Below, one piece after another: positions 1 to 7,981 of a DNA stretch of 20,199 nt. The notes below the pieces were generated by a model that made no database searches, had not been told where the DNA came from, and was given only the letters and a program-made list of their open reading frames with translations. Source of the DNA: an uncultured virus (IMG/VR IMGVR_UViG_3300049172_000101) (lineage: Duplodnaviria > Heunggongvirae > Uroviricota > Caudoviricetes); IMG/VR virus record IMGVR_UViG_3300049172_000101; one strand, given 5' to 3'. The translations under genes and the position numbers were made by a program. How positions within the stretch are numbered: position 1 is the first letter of the stretch; each line of letters opens with the position of its first letter.

Positions 1-534
1 CTTGGTGACGGACTCGGTCAGCCCGTCCATGTCCAGGGGCGCGCCGAGAGTGGCGCCGGGGACCTCGGCGGAGGCGACGATCGTGACGGCCGGGGTGCCG
101 GACTGGGGCATCGGCTGGCGCGGCTGCCGCTCCCGCACCGTGGCGAGGCTGATGATCGGACGCCGCACGACGGCGGAGGACGCGGCGACCTCCTCGACGA
201 CCGGCTCCTCCTCGGTGGCGGGCTCGGCCGGCTCGTCCGTCTCGGCGGCGGGGCTGTCGTCGGTGTCGGTGACGGCTTCCTCGCCGAGGACCTGGGCGGC
301 GAGTTCGTCGAGTTCGGCGACGGCGGCCTGGGCGGCTTCGACGCGCTGGGTCTGCTCGGCGCGCAGCGCTTCGATGCCGGTGGCCAGCTCGCGCAGGGCG
401 GGCAGGTCTTCGGTGGTGAGGTTGGGGTCCTGGCGCCGGGCGTTGAACGCCTCGACGGCGGCGGCGAGGGTGGCGTCGAGGTCCTCGCTGCTGAGGCTGG
501 TGAAGTCGTCGGGAAGCTGGAAGGGCTCGGACAT
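1..534 (-). CDS. Probable major capsid protein, N-terminal 178 aa (runs off the window edge), with a helical/acidic scaffold-like N-terminal extension
   Basis: Not in the ORF track. ATG at 534-532 with AGGAG RBS at 547-543. Open frame MSEPFQLPDDFTSLSSEDLDATLAAAVEAF...TIVASAEVPGATLGAPLDMDGLTESVTK with high GC3. Lies after the portal/protease genes. The capsid fold itself is outside the window. Confidence 0.7.
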   Translation of the reverse strand, partial: MSEPFQLPDDFTSLSSEDLDATLAAAVEAFNARRQDPNLTTEDLPALRELATGIEALRAEQTQRVEAAQAAVAELDELAAQVLGEEAVTDTDDSPAAETDEPAEPATEEEPVVEEVAASSAVVRRPIISLATVRERQPRQPMPQSGTPAVTIVASAEVPGATLGAPLDMDGLTESVTK

Positions 535-605
535 TGCCGTGACTCCTGGTGTGATCACAGGAGCCCGGCCCAAAACCAGCGGCGTATTCGATTGTGGTGA
601 AAGGA

Positions 606-611
606 ATCTTA
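606..611 (-). promoter_or_regulatory. Putative -10 box (TAAGAT) of a capsid-gene promoter
   Basis: TAAGAT on the minus strand in an AT-richer gap about 70 nt upstream of the capsid ATG. A TTGACG lies 21 nt upstream, which is non-canonical spacing. Confidence 0.4.
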
Positions 612-613
612 GC

Positions 614-654
614 TGCATGGGCGGGCGGTGAGCGTCAAGCCGCCCGCCCATGCA
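614..654 (-). terminator. Terminator-like hairpin, perfect 15-bp stem
   Basis: TGCATGGGCGGGCGG (614-628) / CCGCCCGCCCATGCA (640-654), 11-nt loop, 3 nt after the stop of 658..927. Confidence 0.7.
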
Positions 655-657
655 AGG

Positions 658-927
658 TTAGGCCGAGGTAGCCGGTTCGGCGGTCTCGTCGGTCGTCTGC
701 TCAGTCGACGCCTGCTCGGCAGGAGCATCCGGGTCCGGGTCGATCCGGGCGCGCCCCTTCTCGACCCTGTTGTATCTCCCAGCGACGGTCTGCGCCGACT
801 CCAGATTGTGCGACTGGTAGGCCACGCGTTCCGTGCTGCCGTTGCGCACCAGAACCGTGTACAGGGTGCGGGTGGGCCCGCTGCGTGCTCGGGAGCGCCC
901 GCTGCTGCCGCACGCGCCGCACGCCAT
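658..927 (-). CDS. Small head-module protein with N-terminal MACGACG motif and acidic tail (89 aa)
   Basis: ATG overlaps the upstream TGA (TGATG). Good codon bias. Lies between the protease fusion and the capsid gene. Confidence 0.8.
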   Translation of the reverse strand: MACGACGSSGRSRARSGPTRTLYTVLVRNGSTERVAYQSHNLESAQTVAGRYNRVEKGRARIDPDPDAPAEQASTEQTTDETAEPATSA

Positions 928-1085
928 CAGGCGCTGCCCTTCGGTACTTCGCGGACCTGTCGGCCGGCCTCGCGGGCGGCCAACGCGTCGGCCGTCGTCT
1001 TGTACGGCGTGGGGTCGCCGACGCGGTTGCCCTCAGCGTCGATCACTTCGTACTGCGTCCGGTTCTTCCCGCAGTTGCATCCCAT
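927..1085 (-). CDS. Small head-module protein with N-terminal MGCNCG motif (52 aa)
   Basis: ATG at 1085 preceded by GAAGGAG at the end of the upstream gene. MGCNCG-starting microproteins recur next to capsid genes in actinophages. Confidence 0.8.
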   Translation of the reverse strand: MGCNCGKNRTQYEVIDAEGNRVGDPTPYKTTADALAAREAGRQVREVPKGSA

Positions 1086-1086
1086 G

Positions 1087-4000
1087 TCAGGCTCCTTCCG
1101 GCTGCGGTGCAGCACTGGCGGCGATCTCGGCGTGGATGGGTTCGATGCGTTCGAAGAGCTGGTCGATCTCGGCGCGCATGCGGGCGCGTTCGGTCTGCCG
1201 CTGCTCGAACGCGTCGGCGAAACGGTCGAGGAACTGGGGGCTGGTCAGCAGGTCGGCAGCGGCCTGCACGACATCGGTGGTGGGAGCGGTGTCGTGTGCC
1301 CGCCTATGCGACGGCTCGGCGGTGGTCTCGTGCTCGGCGTCCAGGGTCGCTGCGGCAGCCGTAAGCGCGAGGTTCGACCGCTCGACAACCGCGGTCGCGG
1401 CCAGGTGCGCGGCAGCGGCCAGCCGGTACTCCGGCTTGAGCGGGGAGGAGTGGCCGGGCACGGGGACGGACAGCACCGCCCGCAACTGCCAGCGCCCGTC
1501 GCCACCTTGCGTCATGTGGTAGCTGGGCTGGCAGGCGCGGAACACGGACAGGTCCCAGGACGACAGCCACGGGGCGGCGGCGCCGGAGAACCACATGCCG
1601 CCGGCGTTCATGCCGACGGTGACGATGCCGGCGACGGTGCGGGTGTCGTCGAACTGGCAGGCGGCGGTTTCGCATTCGGCGCCGTCGCGGTGGTGGCCGA
1701 CGTTCATGGTGATCGCGCCGACGGCGATCTCGGACCCGTCATCGAGGGCGAATCGGGCGCGCAGGAAGTGGCTGGTGTCGATTTGCCCGAGCTTGTCGAT
1801 CATCACTTTGCGGCCGTGGACCGCATGCGGCACGCCCGCTTGGGCGACCCAGCCGTAGATGCGGCCGTCCTTGTAGTGGACACCGCCGCTACCGGGCGGC
1901 AGCTCGGCCTCGGTGGGCTCGGCGAACCATTCGGCGGGCATCGGGTCTGCCTGCTGCATGACCTGCCAGGCGGAGGCTTCCAGCTCGCTCATGTCGCCGT
2001 CGTCGTCGCTGCTGTCGTCGTTCCACGGTGGCCGGATGCTCGGGTCGTCGAACGCGGCAGCCAGGCTCTCGTAGAGGTCGTCGACGCGTTCGCGGATCTG
2101 CTCTTGCTCGTCCTCGGGGATGTCGACGCCGCCGCGCGCACCGGACAGGGCACCGGCGACGGCGTACACGCCGCTCGCGACCACTTCGAGACGTGGGCCG
2201 TCACCGGTGTCGAAGACGTCGGCGAAACCGAGCTTGTAGGCGGTGAGTGTCGCTGGATCGGCGTCTGGGTCGCGGTAGAGGAAGGCCCGGCCGAGCGCTT
2301 CGGCGTCGACCGTGCCGTCGTCACCGGTGGCCCAGTCGAGGACGCGGGAGGCAGCGGCGTCGCCGTCCCATTCGGCGTCCCGGTCGGTGTGCACGGGCAG
2401 GCCGAGGTCGCCGGAGGCCGCCGCGATCATCTCCCCTTCGGGGATCGACGAGGGGGCGGTGTACAGGCCGCGGCCGATACGCAGGACCCGGCCGTCGTGG
2501 ACGGCGTCCCGCAGGTGGCGTTTGGTCGTCGACACGGTCAGGCCGAGGGCGTCGGCGACCTCCCGCGCCCCGACCGGCACCGGCGACGTGCAGACGTGGC
2601 CGATGACCCGTTCGAGGTCGTCGCCCGCCGCTGCGGCTACTTCCGTGACCGGCTCGTCCTCGTCGGCTGGTTGCTCGGCGGTGGGGTCGAGGACGATGCG
2701 GGCCTTGTCGTAGGCGGGCATGGCGACGAGGGTGGCGCCCCTGACGCGGGCGCGGGTGATGCGCACGAGAAGGTCGCCCGAGTTCTCGGTGTGGACGACG
2801 GTCCCGGCCTGCGGGTTGTCGGGGTCTCCGGCTGCCGCGGTGAGCGCGCCGGGGAAGAGGGTGCGGGCGGTGTCGGCGGGGATGCGTCCGCCGGGCCCGG
2901 AGATGACCGACGTTGTCCGGGTGCTGCGCTGCATTGCGGCGCCGGATGCGGTCCACTTGGGGGCGCTGCTCGCGGTGATCATCCATCCGCCGTCGTGCAG
3001 GGGCAGGACGGATGCGCGGGCGTAGGAGGCGGCGGCGAGGACAAGGCCGCCGTCCTCGCCCTCACCGCTGGTGTTGTCGACCAGTTCGACGCTGACGTCG
3101 TCGAGGTCGACGGACACGCCGAGCGGCGCCTCTTGCCGGAGCAGCATCGCTGCCTCGGCGCCTGCACGCTGCATCAGGTACAGGACGCCCGTGCCGGTGA
3201 GGCGCGGGCCGTCGATGTCCATCTCCTGGATGGCGCCCGCGAGTTCCGCGCCGTCGTGTCCGGCTCCCATCTCGTCGGCGTACTGCAGGGGCCACGGCCC
3301 GCCCTCCCAGTAGAGGGAGTCCTCGGCGAAGACTCTGCCGTCGCCGGTCTGCTGGCCGATGAACGCGAGGGCCGCGTCCCCGGGGGTGGACCAGGTGAGG
3401 ATCGGTGGCGGGTCGTCCGCCGCGGCGGCGGTGGTGTGGGATTCGCGCACGGGGTTTCCCTCTCCTGCTGGGCTGGTGGCGGCGCTCTGCTCGGTGTCGG
3501 CCCGTGCGAGGGCGAGGACACAGCGGCAGTTGACGGTTAGGGCGGCTGGGGCGGTGGGGTCGCCGGGGTAGGCCATGTCGACGCCGCCTACGGTGAAGGG
3601 CTCGTCGAGGAGTTGCAGTTGGGCGTCGGCGTCGGCGTGCACGTCGCGGACGCGCTGGTCGTGGCGGGTGATCCACTGTTTGACGAGGGGCCGGTCCGGG
3701 CCGGTGAGCGCCTGCGCGGCTGCCAGGGTGGCCGCGTTCCAGGCGCGCGTGGACTCGGTGCGGGCGATGCGTTCCTCGCGGGTCTCGCCCAGCTGGGTGC
3801 CGTCGGCGGAGAACAGGGCACGCAGCCGGGCCCGAAGCTGCTCGGTGTCTTCGCCTGCGTCGAGGCCTTCCGCGAGGGCAGTGATGGCGGCTTCGGTGAG
3901 CCGGTCACCGACGGCGCGCAGCAGGTGCTCGGTCTGCTCGGCGTAGTCGCCGAGGGATGGCGGGAGGGTGTCGTCGTCGTACCGGCCGGGCAGATCATCC

Positions 4001-4266
4001 CAGTCGTCGGGCAGCTCGGCGTCGACGCTGGTGGCGGCCTGCTGGCCTGCGGTTTGGGCGACGCGGAAGAGGCGCCGCATGATGCGCGGCACCCGCTGCG
4101 CCCACATGGCGGTGATGCGGCTGAGGGAGAACCGGGCGGCAACGATCTCCGTCGCGTCCTCCAGCTCGGCGGCGATCTGGTCGACGAGTTCGTCGAGGAC
4201 GGCACGGACCTCGTCCGCTACCTGCTGCTCGCTCTCCTCCAAGAGCTGAGCGAGTTCGTCATCCAC
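1087..4266 (-). CDS. MuF-like minor head protein / capsid maturation protease fusion with an internal winged-helix domain (1059 aa)
   Basis: GTG at 4266 with GAGGAGG RBS. MuF motifs RIARTE..KQWITRHDQRVRDVH..YPGDP..NCRC. Protease-like region TGDGR..GHDGA..GVSVDLDD..GATLVAMPAY. HTH GAREVADALGLTVSTTKRHL..GRGLY. WDGDAA..AYKL..GARGGVDIP domain. C-terminal WF..GRIYGWVA domain. Confidence 0.85.
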   Translation of the reverse strand: MDDELAQLLEESEQQVADEVRAVLDELVDQIAAELEDATEIVAARFSLSRITAMWAQRVPRIMRRLFRVAQTAGQQAATSVDAELPDDWDDLPGRYDDDTLPPSLGDYAEQTEHLLRAVGDRLTEAAITALAEGLDAGEDTEQLRARLRALFSADGTQLGETREERIARTESTRAWNAATLAAAQALTGPDRPLVKQWITRHDQRVRDVHADADAQLQLLDEPFTVGGVDMAYPGDPTAPAALTVNCRCVLALARADTEQSAATSPAGEGNPVRESHTTAAAADDPPPILTWSTPGDAALAFIGQQTGDGRVFAEDSLYWEGGPWPLQYADEMGAGHDGAELAGAIQEMDIDGPRLTGTGVLYLMQRAGAEAAMLLRQEAPLGVSVDLDDVSVELVDNTSGEGEDGGLVLAAASYARASVLPLHDGGWMITASSAPKWTASGAAMQRSTRTTSVISGPGGRIPADTARTLFPGALTAAAGDPDNPQAGTVVHTENSGDLLVRITRARVRGATLVAMPAYDKARIVLDPTAEQPADEDEPVTEVAAAAGDDLERVIGHVCTSPVPVGAREVADALGLTVSTTKRHLRDAVHDGRVLRIGRGLYTAPSSIPEGEMIAAASGDLGLPVHTDRDAEWDGDAAASRVLDWATGDDGTVDAEALGRAFLYRDPDADPATLTAYKLGFADVFDTGDGPRLEVVASGVYAVAGALSGARGGVDIPEDEQEQIRERVDDLYESLAAAFDDPSIRPPWNDDSSDDDGDMSELEASAWQVMQQADPMPAEWFAEPTEAELPPGSGGVHYKDGRIYGWVAQAGVPHAVHGRKVMIDKLGQIDTSHFLRARFALDDGSEIAVGAITMNVGHHRDGAECETAACQFDDTRTVAGIVTVGMNAGGMWFSGAAAPWLSSWDLSVFRACQPSYHMTQGGDGRWQLRAVLSVPVPGHSSPLKPEYRLAAAAHLAATAVVERSNLALTAAAATLDAEHETTAEPSHRRAHDTAPTTDVVQAAADLLTSPQFLDRFADAFEQRQTERARMRAEIDQLFERIEPIHAEIAASAAPQPEGA

Positions 4267-4456
4267 GATCGGCCTCCTCGAACTCCGGGTTGTCGTGGAC
4301 CTCGCACCACGCGTAGGTCTCACGCCGGGTGACGCCAGCCCAGGTGAGGAGCAGCAGGTGGGAGACGAGCAGGGTGTAGGCCTTGCAGGTCTTGCACCAT
4401 TGCGTCGTCGGGTCGCTCATGACGGGCGTCACCGTGAGCGGCGTCTGCCTGTTCAT
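4259..4456 (-). CDS. Small putative zinc-ribbon protein (65 aa; CKTC...CEVH)
   Basis: ATG overlaps the portal stop (ATGA) and its stop overlaps the MuF start. CxxC and CxxH pairs. Confidence 0.65.
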   Translation of the reverse strand: MNRQTPLTVTPVMSDPTTQWCKTCKAYTLLVSHLLLLTWAGVTRRETYAWCEVHDNPEFEEADRG

Positions 4457-6165
4457 GCCGCGCTCGCCTGGCAGGGGTGGCGCATGATGCGGGCGGTGTC
4501 CTCGAAGCTGTGGGGCATGCGGGCGGCGATCAGGGCGCGGGCGTAGTCGTCGAGCTGCCGCGTCAGACAGTCCGGGTCGAGCCCGTACCGTTTCGCGATT
4601 TCCGGGACCCGCGCCCACACCCCGTCGAAGAGGCGCCACTCGTCGACCAGCTCAGGGTCGACGGGGTAGGCGGTGTGGAGTTCGGCGGGCGCGATCTCGC
4701 GGGCGCGGGCGCGCTCCGGGCGCGGGCACACGGGCCGGTTCCGCAGCCGGGTGCCGGCAGCGTAGAGGGCGTTGTAGATGATGCCGTCGACGGCGGCGAG
4801 CACCTCGGCCGGAAGGTTCAGCGAGGCGGGGGTCGCGGCGGCCGGCAGGGTGTCGGGCAGGTCCTGGGTTTCGCTCACGGGGAGAGTGGTCACGGTGCTG
4901 TCGCCTTCGTTGTCGGTCGCCTCGTCGTCGGCGTCGCTGGCTGGTGCGGTGGGGGCGTCGGCCTCGTCGAAGCCGGTCTCGCGGCGGGCCGCGGCAGCCG
5001 AGATCAGACCGGCTTGGAACGCTTCGAGGGCGGTGGCGGCGCGGTTGGCCTGGACGCGGAGTTGGCTGGTGTCGTGCCAGACGAGCCACTCGGCGGCGTC
5101 GGTGGCGCCTTGGGCCTCGAGGAGGGGGCGCAGCCACTGCGTGGTGAGGGCGTTCGAGACGAGGGTGAGGCGCGGCTCGACGCCGAGACGGACGCCTTCG
5201 GCGGAGGCGAGCCAGGCGCCCCAGTGGTTGAGGCCGCCCATGCCCAGGAGCACTTCGGGCGGGGTCTCCAGGCCGGTGGCGAAGCGGCGGATGCACTCGT
5301 CCCGCAGCTTGATGGCGATCTCGTCGAAGTCGCTCTCGAACTTCAGGTGCTGGATCTGTCCGATCATCTCCCCGGGGACCTGCAGGATGATCGGCACCGT
5401 GCCTGCTGCGGACTCGGGTTCGCGGTAGGCCGTGGACGCGACTTCCATGAACACGTCGACGAGGTCGTCTTGCGCTTCCTGGCCGGGCGCGGTGGGGAAG
5501 GTGACGCCGTTCGGGAAGAGGAGGACGCCGCGGCCGACGAGCCGGGAGCGGGCAGCAGCTGCCACGGCGGCGTTGAGGAGCCGGAGTTCCTCAAGGACGA
5601 CCAACGATGAACGCACGGGGCTGTCGGCTTCGATGTGCCTGCGGGGGTGGGGGTCCCACACGCGGATCGCGACCGGAGTGTCGGGGTCGGCCGTTGCGTC
5701 GGGGTCGTAGGGCGGGATCTCGACTTCGTCGCCGTCGATCTCCGCGGTCATGGTGCCCTGCTGCTGCTTGACCTCGGCGACGGACAGCACCCGCCAGTCC
5801 GCGTCACCGGTGTCTGTCGGGCGGATGATGATCCATGCTTCGCCCGCGACGACGAGGTGCGGGCCGAACTCGGCGAGGAACTGGGACTGTCCTCCGGGCC
5901 CGCCTGCGATTTGGGAGACGATCTCTGCGGCCGGGTGCCCGTCGGGGGCCTTTTCGATGGTGCCGTCTTCGAGGCGCCGGCCAGCGTAGAGGCGGGCGCC
6001 TCCCATGGCGTTGCCGATCCAGGTGGCGGCGAATCGGACTTCGGGGATGACGCTGAAGAGGTCCCAGGCTTCTTCCTGCCAGCCGCCGCCACTGCTGGTT
6101 GGTTTCTGTCGGCCGAGCTTACGGGAGGTGAAGCGGGTGGCGGCGGCGGTGAGTTGCCGGATCAC
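4453..6165 (-). CDS. Phage portal protein (570 aa)
   Basis: GTG at 6165 overlaps the upstream TGA. Motifs WQEEAWDL..PEVRF..W, RVWDPHP..ADSP, RSRLVGRGVL, PEVLLGMG..NHW, typical of actinophage portals. Lies between terL and the protease fusion. Confidence 0.85.
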   Translation of the reverse strand: MIRQLTAAATRFTSRKLGRQKPTSSGGGWQEEAWDLFSVIPEVRFAATWIGNAMGGARLYAGRRLEDGTIEKAPDGHPAAEIVSQIAGGPGGQSQFLAEFGPHLVVAGEAWIIIRPTDTGDADWRVLSVAEVKQQQGTMTAEIDGDEVEIPPYDPDATADPDTPVAIRVWDPHPRRHIEADSPVRSSLVVLEELRLLNAAVAAAARSRLVGRGVLLFPNGVTFPTAPGQEAQDDLVDVFMEVASTAYREPESAAGTVPIILQVPGEMIGQIQHLKFESDFDEIAIKLRDECIRRFATGLETPPEVLLGMGGLNHWGAWLASAEGVRLGVEPRLTLVSNALTTQWLRPLLEAQGATDAAEWLVWHDTSQLRVQANRAATALEAFQAGLISAAAARRETGFDEADAPTAPASDADDEATDNEGDSTVTTLPVSETQDLPDTLPAAATPASLNLPAEVLAAVDGIIYNALYAAGTRLRNRPVCPRPERARAREIAPAELHTAYPVDPELVDEWRLFDGVWARVPEIAKRYGLDPDCLTRQLDDYARALIAARMPHSFEDTARIMRHPCQASAA

Positions 6166-6485
6166 GACGCGTCCATGGTGTCGTCCCGCCGGTTCAGCAG
6201 GGCCTGTATGCCTGAGATCGCGAGCCAGAGGAGACCGAACTGGACGAGCAGGTTGTCGCGCCAGAACCACCATGCGGTGAGGACGGCACCGGAGAGCCAA
6301 AAGCCAAAGCAGTAGATGCAGGAGATCAACTGCATGAGGAATGTGCGGGGCTTGCTGTCGATCTTGGCGGTGTGCCAGGTGGCGAGGCGTTGCCGGACGG
6401 GGTCGAGGATCGTGTCGTGGACGCCGAGTTGGGTGGCCCGGTAGGACGCGGCGCCGAGGAGCGCGAGTTCCGGGATTGAGATCAA
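6162..6485 (-). CDS. DUF1360-like membrane protein (107 aa)
   Basis: LALLGAASYRATQL..DTILDPVR..LISCIYCFGFW pattern with hydrophobic helices. TTG start. Confidence 0.8.
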   Translation of the reverse strand: MISIPELALLGAASYRATQLGVHDTILDPVRQRLATWHTAKIDSKPRTFLMQLISCIYCFGFWLSGAVLTAWWFWRDNLLVQFGLLWLAISGIQALLNRRDDTMDAS

Positions 6486-6523
6486 GGCCGCCCCCTGCTG
6501 AAGATCCTGCGGTATCGGCGACC

Positions 6524-6529
6524 ACTATA
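6524..6529 (-). promoter_or_regulatory. Putative -10 box (TATAGT) for the DUF1360-portal operon
   Basis: Near-consensus -10 in the AT-richer 6486-6604 gap. No clear -35. Confidence 0.45.
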
Positions 6530-6604
6530 AGCCGATGGCCGGAAAATCTTCTGTCGGTGAACCTTCGGGGCGGAGTATTTACAGGTGGAGGGTGGGGTGG
6601 GCGG

Positions 6605-7981
6605 CTACTTCCCGAAGATCGGCCGCGCGTACCGGGACCCGCCCGCCGTCCGCTGGGACGGACCGCGCCGCGTAGGCGACTGCACCTGCCCTGCCCCCAC
6701 CAGGTCCACCGCGGCGACCATGTACCGCATCGCGTCCACGCCGTGGTCGTCCTGCTTCAGCGGCTGCTCCTTCAACCCCCCTGCCGCGCCCGGCTTGACC
6801 GCCCACACATAGCCGTTGATTTCCTCGGCGGTGGACGTCGGCTTGCCCGCGTCGGCGAGGTCCTGGTCCCGGTCGACCACGGAGTCCCGCAGGATGAACA
6901 GACGCGGCTTGCCGTCGCCGGCCGGGCGGATCCGGGTCTGCACGGCCTGAATGCCTGGGGAGACCGTCTTCTTCGCGGCGGTCGTGACGAGGCCGGAGTG
7001 CCTTTCGAAGGTGGCCCGGTCTTCGGCGTCGTGGTCGCAGACCACCGCGACCGGGTACGGTTCGCCGGTCTCGCCGATGATCCGCTTTACCTGCTTGGCG
7101 TGATCCTCGGCGAGCACCCGTGTCCTGTAGATCTCCCGGTACAGGTACAGGCGCCCATCCCCGTCCTGCGCCCACCACTGGATCACCATGGGGTTCGTGA
7201 AGCCGAAGTCGATCGACATGTACCGCTGCCAGGCGTCTGGGATGTCAAACCGGTCGACCACGTGGACGGCGTCCTGCCACTCGTCGTAGATGACACCCTC
7301 GGCACTGACCCACTTGCCCCACCGCAGACGCTGGTAGCGCGGCCCGGTGAGGCTGTCCAGGCGTGCCAGGTATGCCTTGCCGTAGTCGGTCCATTCGCCG
7401 CCTTGGTAGAGGCGGGGGTTGTCTTCGTGACGGCTGTAGAGGATGCGGCACCGGCCGGCGTCCGCCCGAAGTTTCAGGTGGTGGGATGGGGGGCCGGGGT
7501 TGGTGCACATGATCAGCCGCTGGAGTGGGAGCACTCCGTTGCGGAGACGGGACACGATCGTGTCGAGGTCTTCCGCTGTCACCTCGATCGCTTCATCGAC
7601 CAGAACAAGATCAAACTCGGTCGAGAGCAACTTCGTTGGCCGATCAAGCCCACCGACCACAATGACACTGCCGTTGGCGTACCGGTAACTGGCGGGCTCC
7701 TGCGCCGAGCCACCGAAGAAGTGCAGCAGGCCGGCAGCGATGGCTTCCTTCGCGACCTTCTCCCGGAAGCTCACCAGCGTCGATGACGTGAGCGACGCGT
7801 GCGTCTTACGGACGATCAGCGCCCGGGTGTGCGGGTTGTCCAGGCACTGCAGGTGGACATACATGAGGGCGCCCACACTCTTGCCCGTGCCGGCCGCGCC
7901 CGAGAGCAGCACCTCGGTATCTGTGGAGCGGAAGAGTTCCCGGACGGCGCCGCGGGCTTCGAACGTGATGGTGTCAGGCAT
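6605..7981 (-). CDS. terL: Terminase large subunit (458 aa)
   Basis: Walker A SGAAGTGKS, Walker B LVLVDEA, motif C CTNP, RNase H-like nuclease SIDFGFTNP and DDHGVDAMRY. Confidence 0.95.
   Translation of the reverse strand: MPDTITFEARGAVRELFRSTDTEVLLSGAAGTGKSVGALMYVHLQCLDNPHTRALIVRKTHASLTSSTLVSFREKVAKEAIAAGLLHFFGGSAQEPASYRYANGSVIVVGGLDRPTKLLSTEFDLVLVDEAIEVTAEDLDTIVSRLRNGVLPLQRLIMCTNPGPPSHHLKLRADAGRCRILYSRHEDNPRLYQGGEWTDYGKAYLARLDSLTGPRYQRLRWGKWVSAEGVIYDEWQDAVHVVDRFDIPDAWQRYMSIDFGFTNPMVIQWWAQDGDGRLYLYREIYRTRVLAEDHAKQVKRIIGETGEPYPVAVVCDHDAEDRATFERHSGLVTTAAKKTVSPGIQAVQTRIRPAGDGKPRLFILRDSVVDRDQDLADAGKPTSTAEEINGYVWAVKPGAAGGLKEQPLKQDDHGVDAMRYMVAAVDLVGAGQVQSPTRRGPSQRTAGGSRYARPIFGK

Noticed and set aside
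2..631. 209-aa Ser/Ala-rich plus-strand ORF
   Set aside because: Shadow of the minus-strand capsid ORF, which has the RBS and codon bias.
606..638. TTGACG...TAAGAT as a canonical sigma70 promoter
   Set aside because: Spacer is 21 nt, too long. Only the -10 was kept as a candidate.
1087..3500. MuF polymorphic toxin
   Set aside because: Domains after MuF look like protease/head domains. No recognisable toxin domain or adjacent immunity gene.
628..3540. 970-aa plus-strand ORF
   Set aside because: Antisense shadow of the MuF-protease gene. Long stop-free reverse frames are expected in high-GC coding DNA, and it has no recognisable motifs.
6166..6525. N-terminal 120-aa extension of the portal given by the ORF track
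   Set aside because: Overlaps the DUF1360-like gene out of frame. The coupled GTG at 6165 is the better start.
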